Positions 9,510-18,488 of a stretch of DNA of 64,000 nt are shown one piece after another. The stretch comes from a virus: the IMG/VR virus record IMGVR_UViG_3300033489_000003, positions 40,644 to 104,643 of that record. One strand, 5' to 3'. Position 1 is the stretch's first letter. Each line of letters starts with the position of its first letter. A model generated the notes under the pieces. The model did no database searches and had not been told where the DNA came from. It saw nothing but the letters and a program-made list of their open reading frames with translations. Made by a program: the position numbers and the translations under genes.

Positions 9510-9970
9510 GGTCGCCACGCACCGAAAACGCTCTCGGCTAGCCTTTCGTGTTTGCGCCATTCGCCAAACCCAAACCGCTGCATCTCGTCCCACGTGGCAG
9601 ATCGTGTCCAGCCTGTGTGAAGTCGATGGGCGGCGACAACGGCGCCTGTCCTATGCGACCCTTTCCAACAATGCACGAGCGTTCCACGCACAAGAAGCGA
9701 TAGCACGTTGAGCGCTGGTAATCCCAGATGCTCATCGATCGGAAATCGAACGTACTCAACGCCAAGCTTTGCGTAGGTGCTTGAGGCCAGCAGTTGGCGA
9801 GGATTGTCTCTGAGGTCGACGACGCGACGGATTGCGTTATGAGTCAATGCCAGCTTCAATTCTCCGGCGGAATACTTTCCGGATCGGAACAGCCCGCGGT
9901 CGAATTCTGCGAACCTGCGCAAGCTCGTCAGCCCGGCACCGCGCAAAGCTGCTCTCGCGAATGCATCCAA
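9503..9970 (-). CDS. Cys-based protein-tyrosine/dual-specificity (SIW14-like) phosphatase; start uncertain
   Basis: LFRSG, VVDLR, P-loop HCWKGSHRTG (CX5R). Confidence 0.85.
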   Translation of the reverse strand: MDAFARAALRGAGLTSLRRFAEFDRGLFRSGKYSAGELKLALTHNAIRRVVDLRDNPRQLLASSTYAKLGVEYVRFPIDEHLGLPALNVLSLLVRGTLVHCWKGSHRTGAVVAAHRLHTGWTRSATWDEMQRFGFGEWRKHERLAESVFGAWRPC

Positions 9971-10575
9971 TACGGAAACGTGATCGTTGCATACGCGAGC
10001 GGAGGATCCTCTAAACCTGGCCAGTCCGCCGGCAACGCGCGCAGTGGCTTACCATCTCGGACGACTGGAAACCCGTCTCCCCACGACTCATACGGGTCCA
10101 CGGCCCACTCGCGAACCCTTCCGCGCCCGGTTGAACGCTTGTGCCCAAGGTAGCGAACGAGAGTGAGCAGATCGCGAATGGCGTCAGCGTCACCCATGGC
10201 GAACCACTCAACCTCGTCGCGCTCTGCCCACGCTACTTCGCTCGGCAAGCGGTACGACTTCGTTGGCCCTGCCGATAACAGAATCCGTCTGAACTTCGTT
10301 GCGCCCATTGCCTGCGCTTCGGCAAGCGGGAACTTGCGGTTGACGTATCGCAGCTCGTGCTGGTCGAATTTAGGCGTAGCGAACGAGCACAGGTGAAACC
10401 TACCGCAGGGCTCCTTCGTAACCGGGATCTCGATGTCGGCGAGTTCGCCGAATCCTGGCGGTGGCAGTTGATCGCGCTGTGCCACGGCCCACGCGAGCAG
10501 ACCATCTAGGCGTAACGACCCGTCCCGTAGCGAGATGGGGCCATCTAGCCGCGCCGTGATTCGAAGCGGAGTCAC
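9928..10575 (-). CDS. csf3: Type IV CRISPR Csf3 (Cas5 family RAMP)
   Basis: PLRITARL..P..LDGLLA start; GDADAIRDLL; G-loop LGHKRSTGRGRV; RALP, PYW. Confidence 0.85.
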   Translation of the reverse strand: MTPLRITARLDGPISLRDGSLRLDGLLAWAVAQRDQLPPPGFGELADIEIPVTKEPCGRFHLCSFATPKFDQHELRYVNRKFPLAEAQAMGATKFRRILLSAGPTKSYRLPSEVAWAERDEVEWFAMGDADAIRDLLTLVRYLGHKRSTGRGRVREWAVDPYESWGDGFPVVRDGKPLRALPADWPGLEDPPLAYATITFPYWMHSREQLCAVPG

Positions 10576-11555
10576 GCATTCACCGTAGCGAGAAACTCTT
10601 TGATGCGCGCCGCCCTGGCTTGAACGTGCGACCTGAACATGGTCCCAGTCTTCGCGGCAAGATCCGTCGTGTCCATGGGGTGTAGCCTATCAGCCGGCGC
10701 ACTTACGGCAACGCCCTTGGCCATAATGGCGCGGAGTAGCCCATGCCCTGTTCCTCGCTTTCCGCCGACGCGCGCGTTGGCAAGCATTGCTGCCACCGTA
10801 GTGGAGAAAACGTCGACATCGAGATCGTTGTAGAGCGTGGCCTCGACTCCCCAAGAGAAAAGCGAGCCTGACGCGACGCGTTCGAACGTGCGGGGCAACA
10901 TCGTACTCTTCGTTGCCTCCCGCGCCGTTGCGATGTCGGTATCGTGCGCGGCTTCGCTCTGCAAGAGTCGGTTCTCCGCATCGGAAGCGGCGCCAGCAGA
11001 TAGGAGCTTACGCTTGCCTGGGTCGAGCGTTGGGTCCATGCGCACGCGCTGCTCTAGTTCCATGTGCGCGCGTGACGTGTCGAACTGACCTACGTGATCA
11101 ACGATCCACTTTGGCAAAAGGTGCTTTGACTCCGCGCAAACCAGCAACGCGTCCTCCACGACGAGTCGCCCAGGGATGACGCGATTGCCTGCGCACCCGC
11201 CCAGCAGCGACAGGGACGGCACGAGATCACACATCTCTCGATAGGTGTCGAGTTTGATGGTGCTGGCGTCACCACGTCCAGTGATCATTCCGCCAGCAAA
11301 GAGAAGGCGGAGAGCGGCCTCCGACAGCGACGGGTCGGCCAGCAGCCCAGCGGCGTCGAGAAACGCGTACGCGATGGCCTCACGGCAAGCGTGGCGCATC
11401 GTGTCCGACGTCACGCACGCCACTTGCGCCCACGCACCATCAGGCATGCGGATCTTGCGACGGAACGCGACGGCGCTGTTCCCGTGCACTTCAGAGTGGT
11501 GCGCTATTGGCGTTGCCGCCTCCAGCAAAAACTCAAACCGTTTGATCTCGTGCAT
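10572..11555 (-). CDS. csf2: Type IV CRISPR Csf2 (Cas7 family backbone)
   Basis: GGAGG RBS; TPIAH, MRH..RE, LFAGG, PSLSLLGG, PGRL.V, G-loop VGGKRGTGHG. Confidence 0.88.
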   Translation of the reverse strand: MHEIKRFEFLLEAATPIAHHSEVHGNSAVAFRRKIRMPDGAWAQVACVTSDTMRHACREAIAYAFLDAAGLLADPSLSEAALRLLFAGGMITGRGDASTIKLDTYREMCDLVPSLSLLGGCAGNRVIPGRLVVEDALLVCAESKHLLPKWIVDHVGQFDTSRAHMELEQRVRMDPTLDPGKRKLLSAGAASDAENRLLQSEAAHDTDIATAREATKSTMLPRTFERVASGSLFSWGVEATLYNDLDVDVFSTTVAAMLANARVGGKRGTGHGLLRAIMAKGVAVSAPADRLHPMDTTDLAAKTGTMFRSHVQARAARIKEFLATVNA

Positions 11556-11916
11556 CTCTAGCCTCCTTACGTTCTTCGGCAATCTTTCTAGTCAAAACCA
11601 ACAGGAACGCGTATTCCCGCTCGATAAGGTCCAGCCACTCACTTGCGCACCCGCGCTCGTGCACGAGGTGCGTCAGTTGGAGTAATGATGTCGAATAGCG
11701 AACACTGGGCGCCGACAGTTGGAGCTGTCTTGCGATCATCGTCGCCCACTCCTCCGGACCCGACGACATCCGCGCCGCCGCTCTCATTCTGTCCTGCAAC
11801 TGCTCCCAATGTTTCAGCACGTTCACGTGCGGCGTCGACAGGTATGCCGCTCGGATCTCGAGCAGCACGTCTACCGTCGCGCTTCGGAGTTGCTCCTTCA
11901 CCTTTTCTTCTATCAC
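11533..11916 (-). CDS. Small alpha-helical subunit (Cas11-like)
   Basis: GGAGG RBS + GTG; 127-aa helical protein (HWEQLQDRMRAAA) between csf1 and csf2, as in subtype IV-B. Confidence 0.7.
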   Translation of the reverse strand: MIEEKVKEQLRSATVDVLLEIRAAYLSTPHVNVLKHWEQLQDRMRAAARMSSGPEEWATMIARQLQLSAPSVRYSTSLLQLTHLVHERGCASEWLDLIEREYAFLLVLTRKIAEERKEARDARDQTV

Positions 11917-12646
11917 GCTGAGCCTCCTTCTTTGCGGCCCGCGCCGCCTTCTCTTCTTCCATTCGTTTGGCGACCGTTTCTTCATCTCGTTGCGCCAGCC
12001 ATAGCGCGAGCGCGAACCACGGCGAGCGGCGCTTGTCCGACCAGTTCTCCTCGAAACGGCGAATCTCTTCGGCGCACCGTTGGTATGAGCCCTGTCCGTA
12101 CTCACCGCGCTCCACTTCTTCTTTCGTCGCGCCAGCCGTAAGCAACGTCGTCATTCGATCGACAAGCGTCCACCCGGACGCATGATCGATCGGAATCGTT
12201 ACGAGCGTCTCCTCGAACATGATGGCGCCTCGCCGTGTATTTGGCGGGTTCACTGGCGTCCAAGGAATCACGTGTTTTTGGCCGCTGTCAGCAATAGCTG
12301 CGAACCACGGCCCCTCTTTCGGCGCACGCAGCCACGCGCGCATCTCCGGCTTGTTTCCCTTGTTGAACTTGAGCACGCATCGATCATCTACGAGCCACGA
12401 ATACATGCGCATCGTATCCGGCGGTCGGCCGGCCATCACGTGGACGCATGAAGCGCAAACATGTGCGCTGGACGGCGACCGAACGCGTGACTGACCGACG
12501 AACGTACTGCCTAGCCACCGCTCCACCGGAACACCGAACACGCTCGATCCGGCGCAGACCCAGCAATGTTCAGCGGCATGCTCTACAGCGTCGGCGACCT
12601 TCGCCCCGCCGAGACGGTCGCTCAAAAGTTGAGAGGCCATCATCAC
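11639..12646 (-). CDS. csf1: Type IV CRISPR Csf1 (Cas8-like large subunit)
   Basis: CWVC...CASC Zn site; P..PWFAAIADSGQKH..PW.PVN motif. Confidence 0.82.
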   Translation of the reverse strand: MMMASQLLSDRLGGAKVADAVEHAAEHCWVCAGSSVFGVPVERWLGSTFVGQSRVRSPSSAHVCASCVHVMAGRPPDTMRMYSWLVDDRCVLKFNKGNKPEMRAWLRAPKEGPWFAAIADSGQKHVIPWTPVNPPNTRRGAIMFEETLVTIPIDHASGWTLVDRMTTLLTAGATKEEVERGEYGQGSYQRCAEEIRRFEENWSDKRRSPWFALALWLAQRDEETVAKRMEEEKAARAAKKEAQRDRRKGEGATPKRDGRRAARDPSGIPVDAARERAETLGAVAGQNESGGADVVGSGGVGDDDRKTAPTVGAQCSLFDIITPTDAPRARARVRK

Positions 12647-13587
12647 AGCATCATGTCCGTTATTATGACACGACCGCACCCGAATGCCGTTCTGCCTCCG
12701 AATCCAATCCTAGCCGCCGCCTCGAGCAGCCACCGCGAAACCGCGTTCACCTCAAGCACGAGCGATCCGCTCCACCCACGCACGGGCCCATACTTACCAC
12801 CGAATGGTATCGTTTCCGGATGCGTGTCCTGTGACACGATCTCAACGCAGATCCTCTTGGCGACATAGCGCGCCCACTCCTCTGACGGGGCGAGTCGTCG
12901 AACGAACTCAACACCGATCGCGCTTGCTATGTTGACGGCGCCAGGTCGAACGCATTCCGACGCACCACCGCCCGAGCGAATGACGATCGGAGTGATGGCG
13001 TCGAGCCGAACCAGCTGCCGCCCGCGCCTTTGGATCGCAGGTGATCGAAAGCGCCACGCCGGTCCAAACGTTAGCGTAGTCGGCCGGTCGAACAACGGAA
13101 CGTGTACCGACTTTCCTGCTAGCTTCATTCCTTCCTGTCTGAACCAGTGTACTCCCCATCCGGATCCATGCGGGACGAGAGAGAAGTTTGGAATACGCGG
13201 CACGTGGCCGGCGCCGAGTACAGCCGTAAGCGCGCCATGAAGAGCGGGCGAGTTTCTTAGTTCGATGGGCCAACGCGGCAACGGTGAATAGTGCACCGTC
13301 ATGGCGCATCCCGGAAGGTGGACATGGTATGGAGGAGCGCCGGCAAGCCAATGGTTTTGGCGCGTGCAGTTTCTGTTCCTCCTCGCCCACGCTTCGCACC
13401 GAAGCCTTACGGCAAGCGTTTCGCCAATCGGTCGGCGTCGCTCTCTAGTCTGTTCGCGAGCGCTGTCTAGCGTGCGTTTGCGTTTGCTCCTACAGGCTTC
13501 AGAGCACGTCGCCGCGTTCGCGCACAGTTTCCGGAACGTTGACCCGCATTGAACGCACCAAGCTTGCCTTATTGAGGACAACGGCAT
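12643..13587 (-). CDS. cas6: Cas6-family endoribonuclease with an N-terminal Zn ribbon
   Basis: TPIVIR; GWSG; C-terminal G-loop IGFGGRTAFGCGRV; N-terminal CVQC...CSEAC. Confidence 0.8.
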   Translation of the reverse strand: MPLSSIRQAWCVQCGSTFRKLCANAATCSEACRSKRKRTLDSAREQTRERRRPIGETLAVRLRCEAWARRNRNCTRQNHWLAGAPPYHVHLPGCAMTVHYSPLPRWPIELRNSPALHGALTAVLGAGHVPRIPNFSLVPHGSGWGVHWFRQEGMKLAGKSVHVPLFDRPTTLTFGPAWRFRSPAIQRRGRQLVRLDAITPIVIRSGGGASECVRPGAVNIASAIGVEFVRRLAPSEEWARYVAKRICVEIVSQDTHPETIPFGGKYGPVRGWSGSLVLEVNAVSRWLLEAAARIGFGGRTAFGCGRVIITDMML

Positions 13588-13589
13588 TG

Positions 13590-13886
13590 CTACTCTCTCC
13601 TCCTGTAACGCTCAACACATCTAACGCAGCTCGGCACGTTGGCGCTCGTCACCGTGTGCGCCGGCTTGCTGCAAAAATAGCATTCGAAGATTCCACGCTG
13701 CTTACGTGTGCCGTCGAGTTGTTCGCCAGTCTCCGGCTTGCGCCGCGGCGTCGCAGCTTGCTGCGTGATTGACACCGGTTCGTTGGCGTTATCCCAAACG
13801 AGCATGCCCACCGGAAACATCACCCCGACCTCCCGCATGTCGGACACCGCGCGATCAATCCCATCAGCCGCGCGTGCGTTTTGCAC
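13590..13886 (-). CDS. Small Zn-finger hypothetical protein (start uncertain)
   Basis: CYFC...CVRC; fills the tnpB-cas6 gap. Confidence 0.5.
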   Translation of the reverse strand: MQNARAADGIDRAVSDMREVGVMFPVGMLVWDNANEPVSITQQAATPRRKPETGEQLDGTRKQRGIFECYFCSKPAHTVTSANVPSCVRCVERYRRRE

Positions 13887-14030
13887 GGAACGCGCGGTTG
13901 CGTGACAACTCCTTCACGAAGCATTGTCTGCCTCGCTACGGCTTCTCGGTTCAACGAGGCGCTTACAGCTCGCCCCTCCCCGATCGCGGTGCCCCCGCGA
14001 TTGTACGTTCTTGGCAGCGTTGACGTCGCG
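13882..14030 (-). ncRNA. Putative TnpB omegaRNA (scaffold ending GTCAC at 13902, guide about 13901-13882); 5' end uncertain
   Basis: GAACCGAGAAGCC...hairpin CGAGGCA-GACAA-TGCTTCG...GGAGTTGTCAC resembles IS605 right ends overlapping the tnpB 3' end. Confidence 0.65.
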
Positions 14031-15107
14031 GTCCAGTACGAGTCCGCAATGCGGACAGTCGTGGACGCGAACGCTTAGGCTCTTGCGAACCGTAGCGCCG
14101 CAACCGCTGCATTCTTGTGATGTGCCGCGTGGTTCCACCTTGATGAACTCGCGTCCGGCGCTTTCAGCCTTGTACGCGAGAATCCTGATGAATTGTGCCC
14201 ATCCGGCGTCGTGAACTTGTTTGGCTAGGCGCATCTGCGCCAAACCTTTGATGCTGAGATTTTCGACGGCGACCGAATCGAAACGGGCGACGATGCCGCG
14301 CGCCGCCTTGTGGTGGAAGTCGAGCCGAGCTCGCCTGACGCGGTCGTGTTGCTTCGCTAGCAACACAACCGCTTTGCGACGCCGACGCGAACCGCGTTTG
14401 CGGCGAGTGACCTTACGGTCAGCCGTTTTGAGCAATTGTAACGCGGACTCGTAGCGCCTTGGATTCTCAACAGTCTCGCCGGTGCTCAGAGCGGCGAAAG
14501 TGGTGACGCCAACGTCGATGCCAACGCTGGCGCCTGTTGCCGTTAGATGTTCGACGCGGACGTTGTCGCACACGAAAGTCACATACCAGTGGCCGTCTCC
14601 GGCGAGCGTGACGCGGACTTGCTTGACCGTGCCTACGATCGGGCGATGCAGCTTAACCTTGACCTTGCCGATGCAAGACAGTTCCACCTTGGTTCCGCCA
14701 GCAACAAGGCGAGCGCCGTTGCGATTTATCGCGTCACGGAACGTGAAAGTGCGGTAGCGCCCACGCCCCTTGAACCGTGGAAACCCAGGAGTCTCGCCGG
14801 CCTTGCAGCGACGGAAGAACGCACGGTAGGCGCGGTCGAGACGCGTGATAGCGTCCTGGAGCAGGTGGACGTGAATGCCAGTGTACTCTGGCCGTACAAC
14901 GCGAACTTCCTTCAGCTCAAGCTGCTGTTGGTACTCGGAAATGGATCGCCCCTGCTTCTTGTAAGCGTCTCTTCGCTCCTGTAGAGCAGCGTTGTATAGT
15001 TCACACAGTAGGCGCATCGTTTCTCGCAAGCGCGCCTCTTGGGCCCGCGTAGGATAGATACGATAGCGATAGGCGCGGATCACAGCGCCATCCTTGACTC
15101 TACTCAT
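13914..15107 (-). CDS. tnpB: TnpB RNA-guided endonuclease (IS200/IS605 family); alternative start GTG 15083
   Basis: RAYRYRIYPT HTH, GFPRFK, RuvC-I GIDVG, RuvC-II VENL, Zn finger CSGC..CPHC, RuvC-III DRDVNAA. Confidence 0.95.
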   Translation of the reverse strand: MSRVKDGAVIRAYRYRIYPTRAQEARLRETMRLLCELYNAALQERRDAYKKQGRSISEYQQQLELKEVRVVRPEYTGIHVHLLQDAITRLDRAYRAFFRRCKAGETPGFPRFKGRGRYRTFTFRDAINRNGARLVAGGTKVELSCIGKVKVKLHRPIVGTVKQVRVTLAGDGHWYVTFVCDNVRVEHLTATGASVGIDVGVTTFAALSTGETVENPRRYESALQLLKTADRKVTRRKRGSRRRRKAVVLLAKQHDRVRRARLDFHHKAARGIVARFDSVAVENLSIKGLAQMRLAKQVHDAGWAQFIRILAYKAESAGREFIKVEPRGTSQECSGCGATVRKSLSVRVHDCPHCGLVLDRDVNAAKNVQSRGHRDRGGASCKRLVEPRSRSEADNAS

Positions 15108-15388
15108 TTAGCCACCGCCGCACCTTCTCGCCCGGCACGTCGGACTTGCAGCGGTCGGCTTCGCGGCCTAGGCGCAGCCAGTAGCGTGGTCCGAAGTGGG
15201 AGGCGAAGGCGGCGGTCATAGGAAACAATCACACGGTGTGGATGCGCCGCACTCCGGACAGGCATCTACCTCACAGCATGCGCGTAGAACTTTTTTGCGT
15301 CGCGCCTGTCGCCGCTCGAACCATTGGTTGGCCAGCGTGCCGACAAGGCCGACGGCGGACATTGCGACGGTCACGAACAGCACTGCGG

Positions 15389-15904
15389 TCATGCTGGTCT
15401 GCCGCGGTAGAGCGACACCGGTGAGTCGTACCCGGGACGAGAAGGGTGCAGAGGCGAGCCCGCTCGCGTCACTCCGATGCACATCGGTTTCTTTCCTGTC
15501 GCCGCGAGAACCTTCATCACTGCGATGTCGCGATCGCGGTAAAGACCGATGTCTCCCCAGCCGACGAAGACGTCCATGCAACGCTCGGCCATCGCCAAGA
15601 TGTGAGCATCATTGTCAGGCCCGATCGGGTCGTCAGCCGCATACATGCCTGCCGGATCGGTCGAGATGAACGCGAACAGATTGGCGAGTGACAGCGCGCC
15701 GTAGCCCCAGCGCTTCGCGAAACCTATGAGCTTGCGGCAAGTCGCGTCGTTCACGTCCGCCGTGGCGATCGACGGGTTCGCGCAGATGGCCAGCAGCCGC
15801 GGACCTGCCGCCCATCGTTCGCGGTGGAGTTCGTACCGATAGCGACCGCATGGCGATAAGACGGCGCTGCCGCGCTCGAGACCGGGTAGGACGGCGGTGG
15901 TCAC
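15389..15904 (-). CDS. DUF1643 family protein
   Basis: SPCGRYRYEL.R.W; NPSIA...ND.T; NLFA..STDP; VGWG; PLHP. Confidence 0.85.
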   Translation of the reverse strand: MTTAVLPGLERGSAVLSPCGRYRYELHRERWAAGPRLLAICANPSIATADVNDATCRKLIGFAKRWGYGALSLANLFAFISTDPAGMYAADDPIGPDNDAHILAMAERCMDVFVGWGDIGLYRDRDIAVMKVLAATGKKPMCIGVTRAGSPLHPSRPGYDSPVSLYRGRPA

Positions 15905-16215
15905 AGCGCGTTTCCGGTCCTTCGCTCAGCTTCGACGCAGCAGTCGAAAAAAAGATCAACGTCACGCACTCCGCATTTCTTTAGCTCGCGCGCAGCGGCG
16001 GCAAAACAGACGCGATGCGCCTTATGTACATCACCGCCCTTCTCAAAGCCCAAGGCGCCAACCATGCACGCCAACTCGGCGGTAATGCGGGCCGATCGGT
16101 AAACGTCCAGTGCGCGCTGGAATAGTTTGTCTTTCAACATCACCGCTGCTTCTTTTGTAGTGGCCGGGGGCAACCGGACGCGTCGCAGACTCTTTGGACT
16201 AAATTTCTTGATCAT
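15901..16215 (-). CDS. Hypothetical protein
   Basis: 4-nt stop/start overlaps on both sides. Confidence 0.5.
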   Translation of the reverse strand: MIKKFSPKSLRRVRLPPATTKEAAVMLKDKLFQRALDVYRSARITAELACMVGALGFEKGGDVHKAHRVCFAAAARELKKCGVRDVDLFFDCCVEAERRTGNAL

Positions 16216-16727
16216 TCGCTCGCGCTTCCTTTCGCGCCTTCGGCTATCCACGTCGTGATGAGCCTCATTTCTTCCTCCTGCCAATAGGGTGAACCCTTGG
16301 GCATCCGGTTGGATCCGAATTGTCCGCGAAGCGCTTGCACGATCGCCGACTCGTCGGGCTTGCCAGGAACGATGATGCGAGTACCGGTAGAGCCGCCGCC
16401 TTGGCGGAGCTCGCCCAGCGTGGTCACGTCAAAGCCAGACAGCGCCGTTCCTGTCGAATTGGTCACTCCGCGAAGGTGACACGGCGCGCAGCCGCGTCCG
16501 ACTCCCATGGCGGTCGCCTGGTCCTTTGTTCGCATGATGATGGGCCGGATATCCAGCGCGAAGCTCACGGTCCCCGGTGGCTCATCGTCGTCGCCATCCA
16601 CGGCGTCCTCCGCCGCGCCAGCGTCACCAACGTCAACCGGCTCAACGTAGAGCCGGCCCACGTTGGGGTCGAGTTCGGAGCAGCCCACCATCACGATCGC
16701 GATCACTGCGATTCTTGAGCTTTTCAT
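16212..16727 (-). CDS. Lipoprotein with a c-type cytochrome domain (planctomycete cytochrome c-like)
   Basis: Lipobox MVGC; VSF..DI.PI, heme motif CAPCH, IVPGKPDES, RMP, I..WI.EGA. Confidence 0.82.
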   Translation of the reverse strand: MKSSRIAVIAIVMVGCSELDPNVGRLYVEPVDVGDAGAAEDAVDGDDDEPPGTVSFALDIRPIIMRTKDQATAMGVGRGCAPCHLRGVTNSTGTALSGFDVTTLGELRQGGGSTGTRIIVPGKPDESAIVQALRGQFGSNRMPKGSPYWQEEEMRLITTWIAEGAKGSASE

Positions 16728-17254
16728 GGCGTCACCGTTTCACATCCCGCCGGCCGCGTCGACGGGCATCCGTAGCCATTGCGGCACGCCTCCGCGATGT
16801 CCTCGCTCGTCAGGCAGTTGAGCGACGCGTCGCTGCCCTTTGGCGCCATGATGGCGCGCTCGTCACTCACGTGCTCAAGCCCCATCGCGTGACCGAGCTC
16901 GTGCGCGAACACGATTCGAAGCGGGTCGCCGTGGAGCTTGTCCATCAGAATCACGATCTTCGTCGGCTCGAGCGGGCTGTGTACGCGTGCCGCCACGCCC
17001 GTCGTGTGGTCTCGGAAGTAACGGTCGATGTTGCTGGCGCCGCGCGAGTTGCTTCGGATGATCATGTTTCGGTCGCTGGCAACGTCGGAGAACCCGATGC
17101 CGAAGATGAGATCGCGGTGCAGCCCGGTCGGCGCCCACAGAGCAGCGCCGACGCGGATCTGCTCTGCTTCTTCTGGCGTGAATCGTTGATCAACATAATA
17201 CAACTCTCCAAAACACGCCGTGCATAGCACCGACAGCAACGCCGCGCTCGACAT
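16724..17254 (-). CDS. Secreted metzincin (matrixin-like) zinc metalloprotease
   Basis: HELGHAMGLEH plus Met-turn IMAP; N-terminal signal/lipobox. Confidence 0.85.
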   Translation of the reverse strand: MSSAALLSVLCTACFGELYYVDQRFTPEEAEQIRVGAALWAPTGLHRDLIFGIGFSDVASDRNMIIRSNSRGASNIDRYFRDHTTGVAARVHSPLEPTKIVILMDKLHGDPLRIVFAHELGHAMGLEHVSDERAIMAPKGSDASLNCLTSEDIAEACRNGYGCPSTRPAGCETVTP

Positions 17255-17268
17255 GCGCGTCGCGCTGC

Positions 17269-18120
17269 TTACGGGAACTGCGCGCACGACATCTCTGCGT
17301 ACGGGATTGTGTCGTTGTCGTTGTACGCCGTGACCGATAGCCACCAGCTTCCTTGCGCGGCGTAAATCTGCACCAAGGCATCGTCCAGGTTGCCCTGGAG
17401 CAGCGTAAGACCGCAAAACGTACGGGCCGTGCTAGGGCCTCTCGTCGTTTGACCAGGTCCAGCAGAAAAGACGCGCCAAATGTTGAACGGGCGGTTCGGG
17501 TGCAAACACTTGACCCATGCGGCGAGCGCTGGCGTACCGAACGCGCGCAGCTTCCACATGTTCACGACAGGATCGATGGATACGTACTCAAGCGTGGTTT
17601 CATCGTCCCCGCCGGCCGACATGCCACTTACGCCGGTTATCCAGCAGAAATTGTCAGGGTACGAAAACAGGTCGATCTGCTGATCTACATGACCCGAGCC
17701 GGCACCCTGCGGCCAATAGAGCTGGAAAGGATTCGTGTCTGACGAGCCGAATGCTCCAGCGGGTAGCGAGTAATTGGAGAACGACTCGCAACGTGCGCCA
17801 GCCCGTGCGAATTCACCTCCGCCATATCCGCCCTGCGGGGAAGCGACGAAGTTGCCCGGCAACACAAGCCACGTCGCACCGCTCTTCGCTACACCGTTCG
17901 GCCAATTCGCCGACCCTGCATGCGCAAGCGATGCCTGAAAATATGTCGGCCGACAGAATCTCAGAGGAGCGGCCGGAATCGACCCGTAGCCATTCGTGGT
18001 CGCGTAGTCGATCGTCAACCCTTGCGCCTGCTCATCTGGCGCTTGGTTTAGCGTCGCCTCAGGCGCGTTACCGCACGCGGCGAGCAGGGTGACCATCAAC
18101 AACATCAGACTTCGTTTCAT
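17269..18120 (-). CDS. Cys-rich lipoprotein (paralog of 6073-6873)
   Basis: Lipobox LAAC; FCWITGVSGM, CGL..LQGNLDD, AEMSC. Confidence 0.72.
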   Translation of the reverse strand: MKRSLMLLMVTLLAACGNAPEATLNQAPDEQAQGLTIDYATTNGYGSIPAAPLRFCRPTYFQASLAHAGSANWPNGVAKSGATWLVLPGNFVASPQGGYGGGEFARAGARCESFSNYSLPAGAFGSSDTNPFQLYWPQGAGSGHVDQQIDLFSYPDNFCWITGVSGMSAGGDDETTLEYVSIDPVVNMWKLRAFGTPALAAWVKCLHPNRPFNIWRVFSAGPGQTTRGPSTARTFCGLTLLQGNLDDALVQIYAAQGSWWLSVTAYNDNDTIPYAEMSCAQFP

Positions 18121-18488
18121 GATTGGTTTGCTTCCTTCTCCCCGCCCTTAGAACTTCCACCGAGCGCAGCCAGACAGTGCTCACATGTCGGCCGCATCTT
18201 GGCGCTGCCCCACCGAAGCGTGACGTACATGCCGCACGCGGTCGGATCGCACGTCGCGTCCGCCGACGGCTTGCGGCCGTCCTTCGTCGCGCACCAGCGG
18301 TCGCGAGACTGCACGCACCAGACGTCATCCGCATTCATCGCCGCGACGATGCGCTTCGCGAGCCGCAACATCTTCGGCGTGTCGCCCCACATCTTCGCCA
18401 CCGGCTCATCGTTGAGGCGGATCGAGATGCTTCCGTAGCGGCCACCTGGCAGATGGTGGTTGACGGTCCATTGCTTGGGCTTGCTCAT
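18117..18488 (-). CDS. Hypothetical Cys-containing protein
   Basis: Coupled ORF; TACG...TCEHC. Confidence 0.55.
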   Translation of the reverse strand: MSKPKQWTVNHHLPGGRYGSISIRLNDEPVAKMWGDTPKMLRLAKRIVAAMNADDVWCVQSRDRWCATKDGRKPSADATCDPTACGMYVTLRWGSAKMRPTCEHCLAALGGSSKGGEKEANQS

